Shown in pieces: positions 58,221 to 58,554 of a DNA stretch of 58,554 nucleotides (its first letter is position 1; every line of letters begins with the position of its first letter). Below the pieces are notes generated by a model. It had not been told where the DNA came from. It made no database searches and saw nothing but the letters and a program-made list of their open reading frames with translations. The stretch is from NCBI RefSeq assembly GCF_902713615.1, contig NW_024055744.1:594593-653146 (forward strand). The letters are read 5' to 3'. Position numbers and translations under genes: made by a program. This DNA comes from Scyliorhinus canicula (lineage: Eukaryota).

Positions 58221-58289
58221 ACTACCTTGTACCTTTGTCAGTTATATTAAATAAGGGCCTATTTATCTTTGTTCATATTAAACTAGGCC

Positions 58290-58440
58290 ACAAATATAGA
58301 GGACATGTTGATCAACGAGGCATTCAGGAGTTATTGGGAGAAGGCAGGAGAATGGGGATTAGGAACATATTGGCCATGATTTAATGGCGGAGCAGTCGCG
58401 ATGTGTTGAATGGCTTAATTCTGCTCCTCCATGTTTTGGA
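58290..58440 (+). mobile_element. CR1 3' tail fragment
   Basis: GGAGTTATTGGGAGAAGGCAGGAGAATGGGG...GAATGGCTTAATTCTGCTCC. Confidence 0.7.
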
Positions 58441-58554
58441 CTTAGGGACCCTGTTTGTCTCTCTTTACATTAACTAGAACCTGACTCTGTTTCTAGTAAT
58501 TTAAACCTTTCTCTGTTTGTATTACATTAGATACAGCCTCAGCTCTGCGCCGGG

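Noticed and set aside
1-58554. D, J or C segments, 12-RSSs, or a NAR-TCR V-D-J cassette
   Set aside because: Every nonamer I found pairs with a heptamer at 22-24 bp. I saw no FGxG J motif next to an RSS and no C exon. This was a manual search, so degenerate ones could have been missed.

Overview
Vertebrate genomic DNA from a cartilaginous fish. HE1-type SINEs, CR1/HER1-type LINEs, DeuSINE-like and Penelope elements point to a shark; a catshark-like species is an inference. The window is part of the V-segment array of a T-cell receptor alpha/delta locus. Six V genes look intact (leader exon, GT-AG intron, open V exon with Cys23/Trp41/Cys104, 22-24 bp-spacer RSS) at ~17.6, 20.8, 22.5, 25.2, 28.4 and 33.4 kb. 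Two more are near-intact (2.7 kb; 16.3 kb, apparently with an intronless leader), and there are about ten V pseudogenes or fragments, one ending like an IgH V. V segments lie on both strands, partly as a duplicated cassette. I saw no D, J, C or 12-RSS, so alpha versus delta cannot be decided. From ~36 kb to the end the window is almost all retroelements and old satellites. Most notable observations: (1) a bipartite CTCF motif exactly 25 bp 3' of the RSS nonamer in three V genes of two families, decayed in a fourth; (2) a V promoter whose CCAAT element is amplified into a 14 x 30 bp minisatellite; (3) an intronless leader-V; (4) an IgH-like V relic; (5) Penelope-type minimal hammerhead ribozymes, one with a compensatory U3-A8 core. 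All coordinates and translations were read by hand, and repeat boundaries are approximate.
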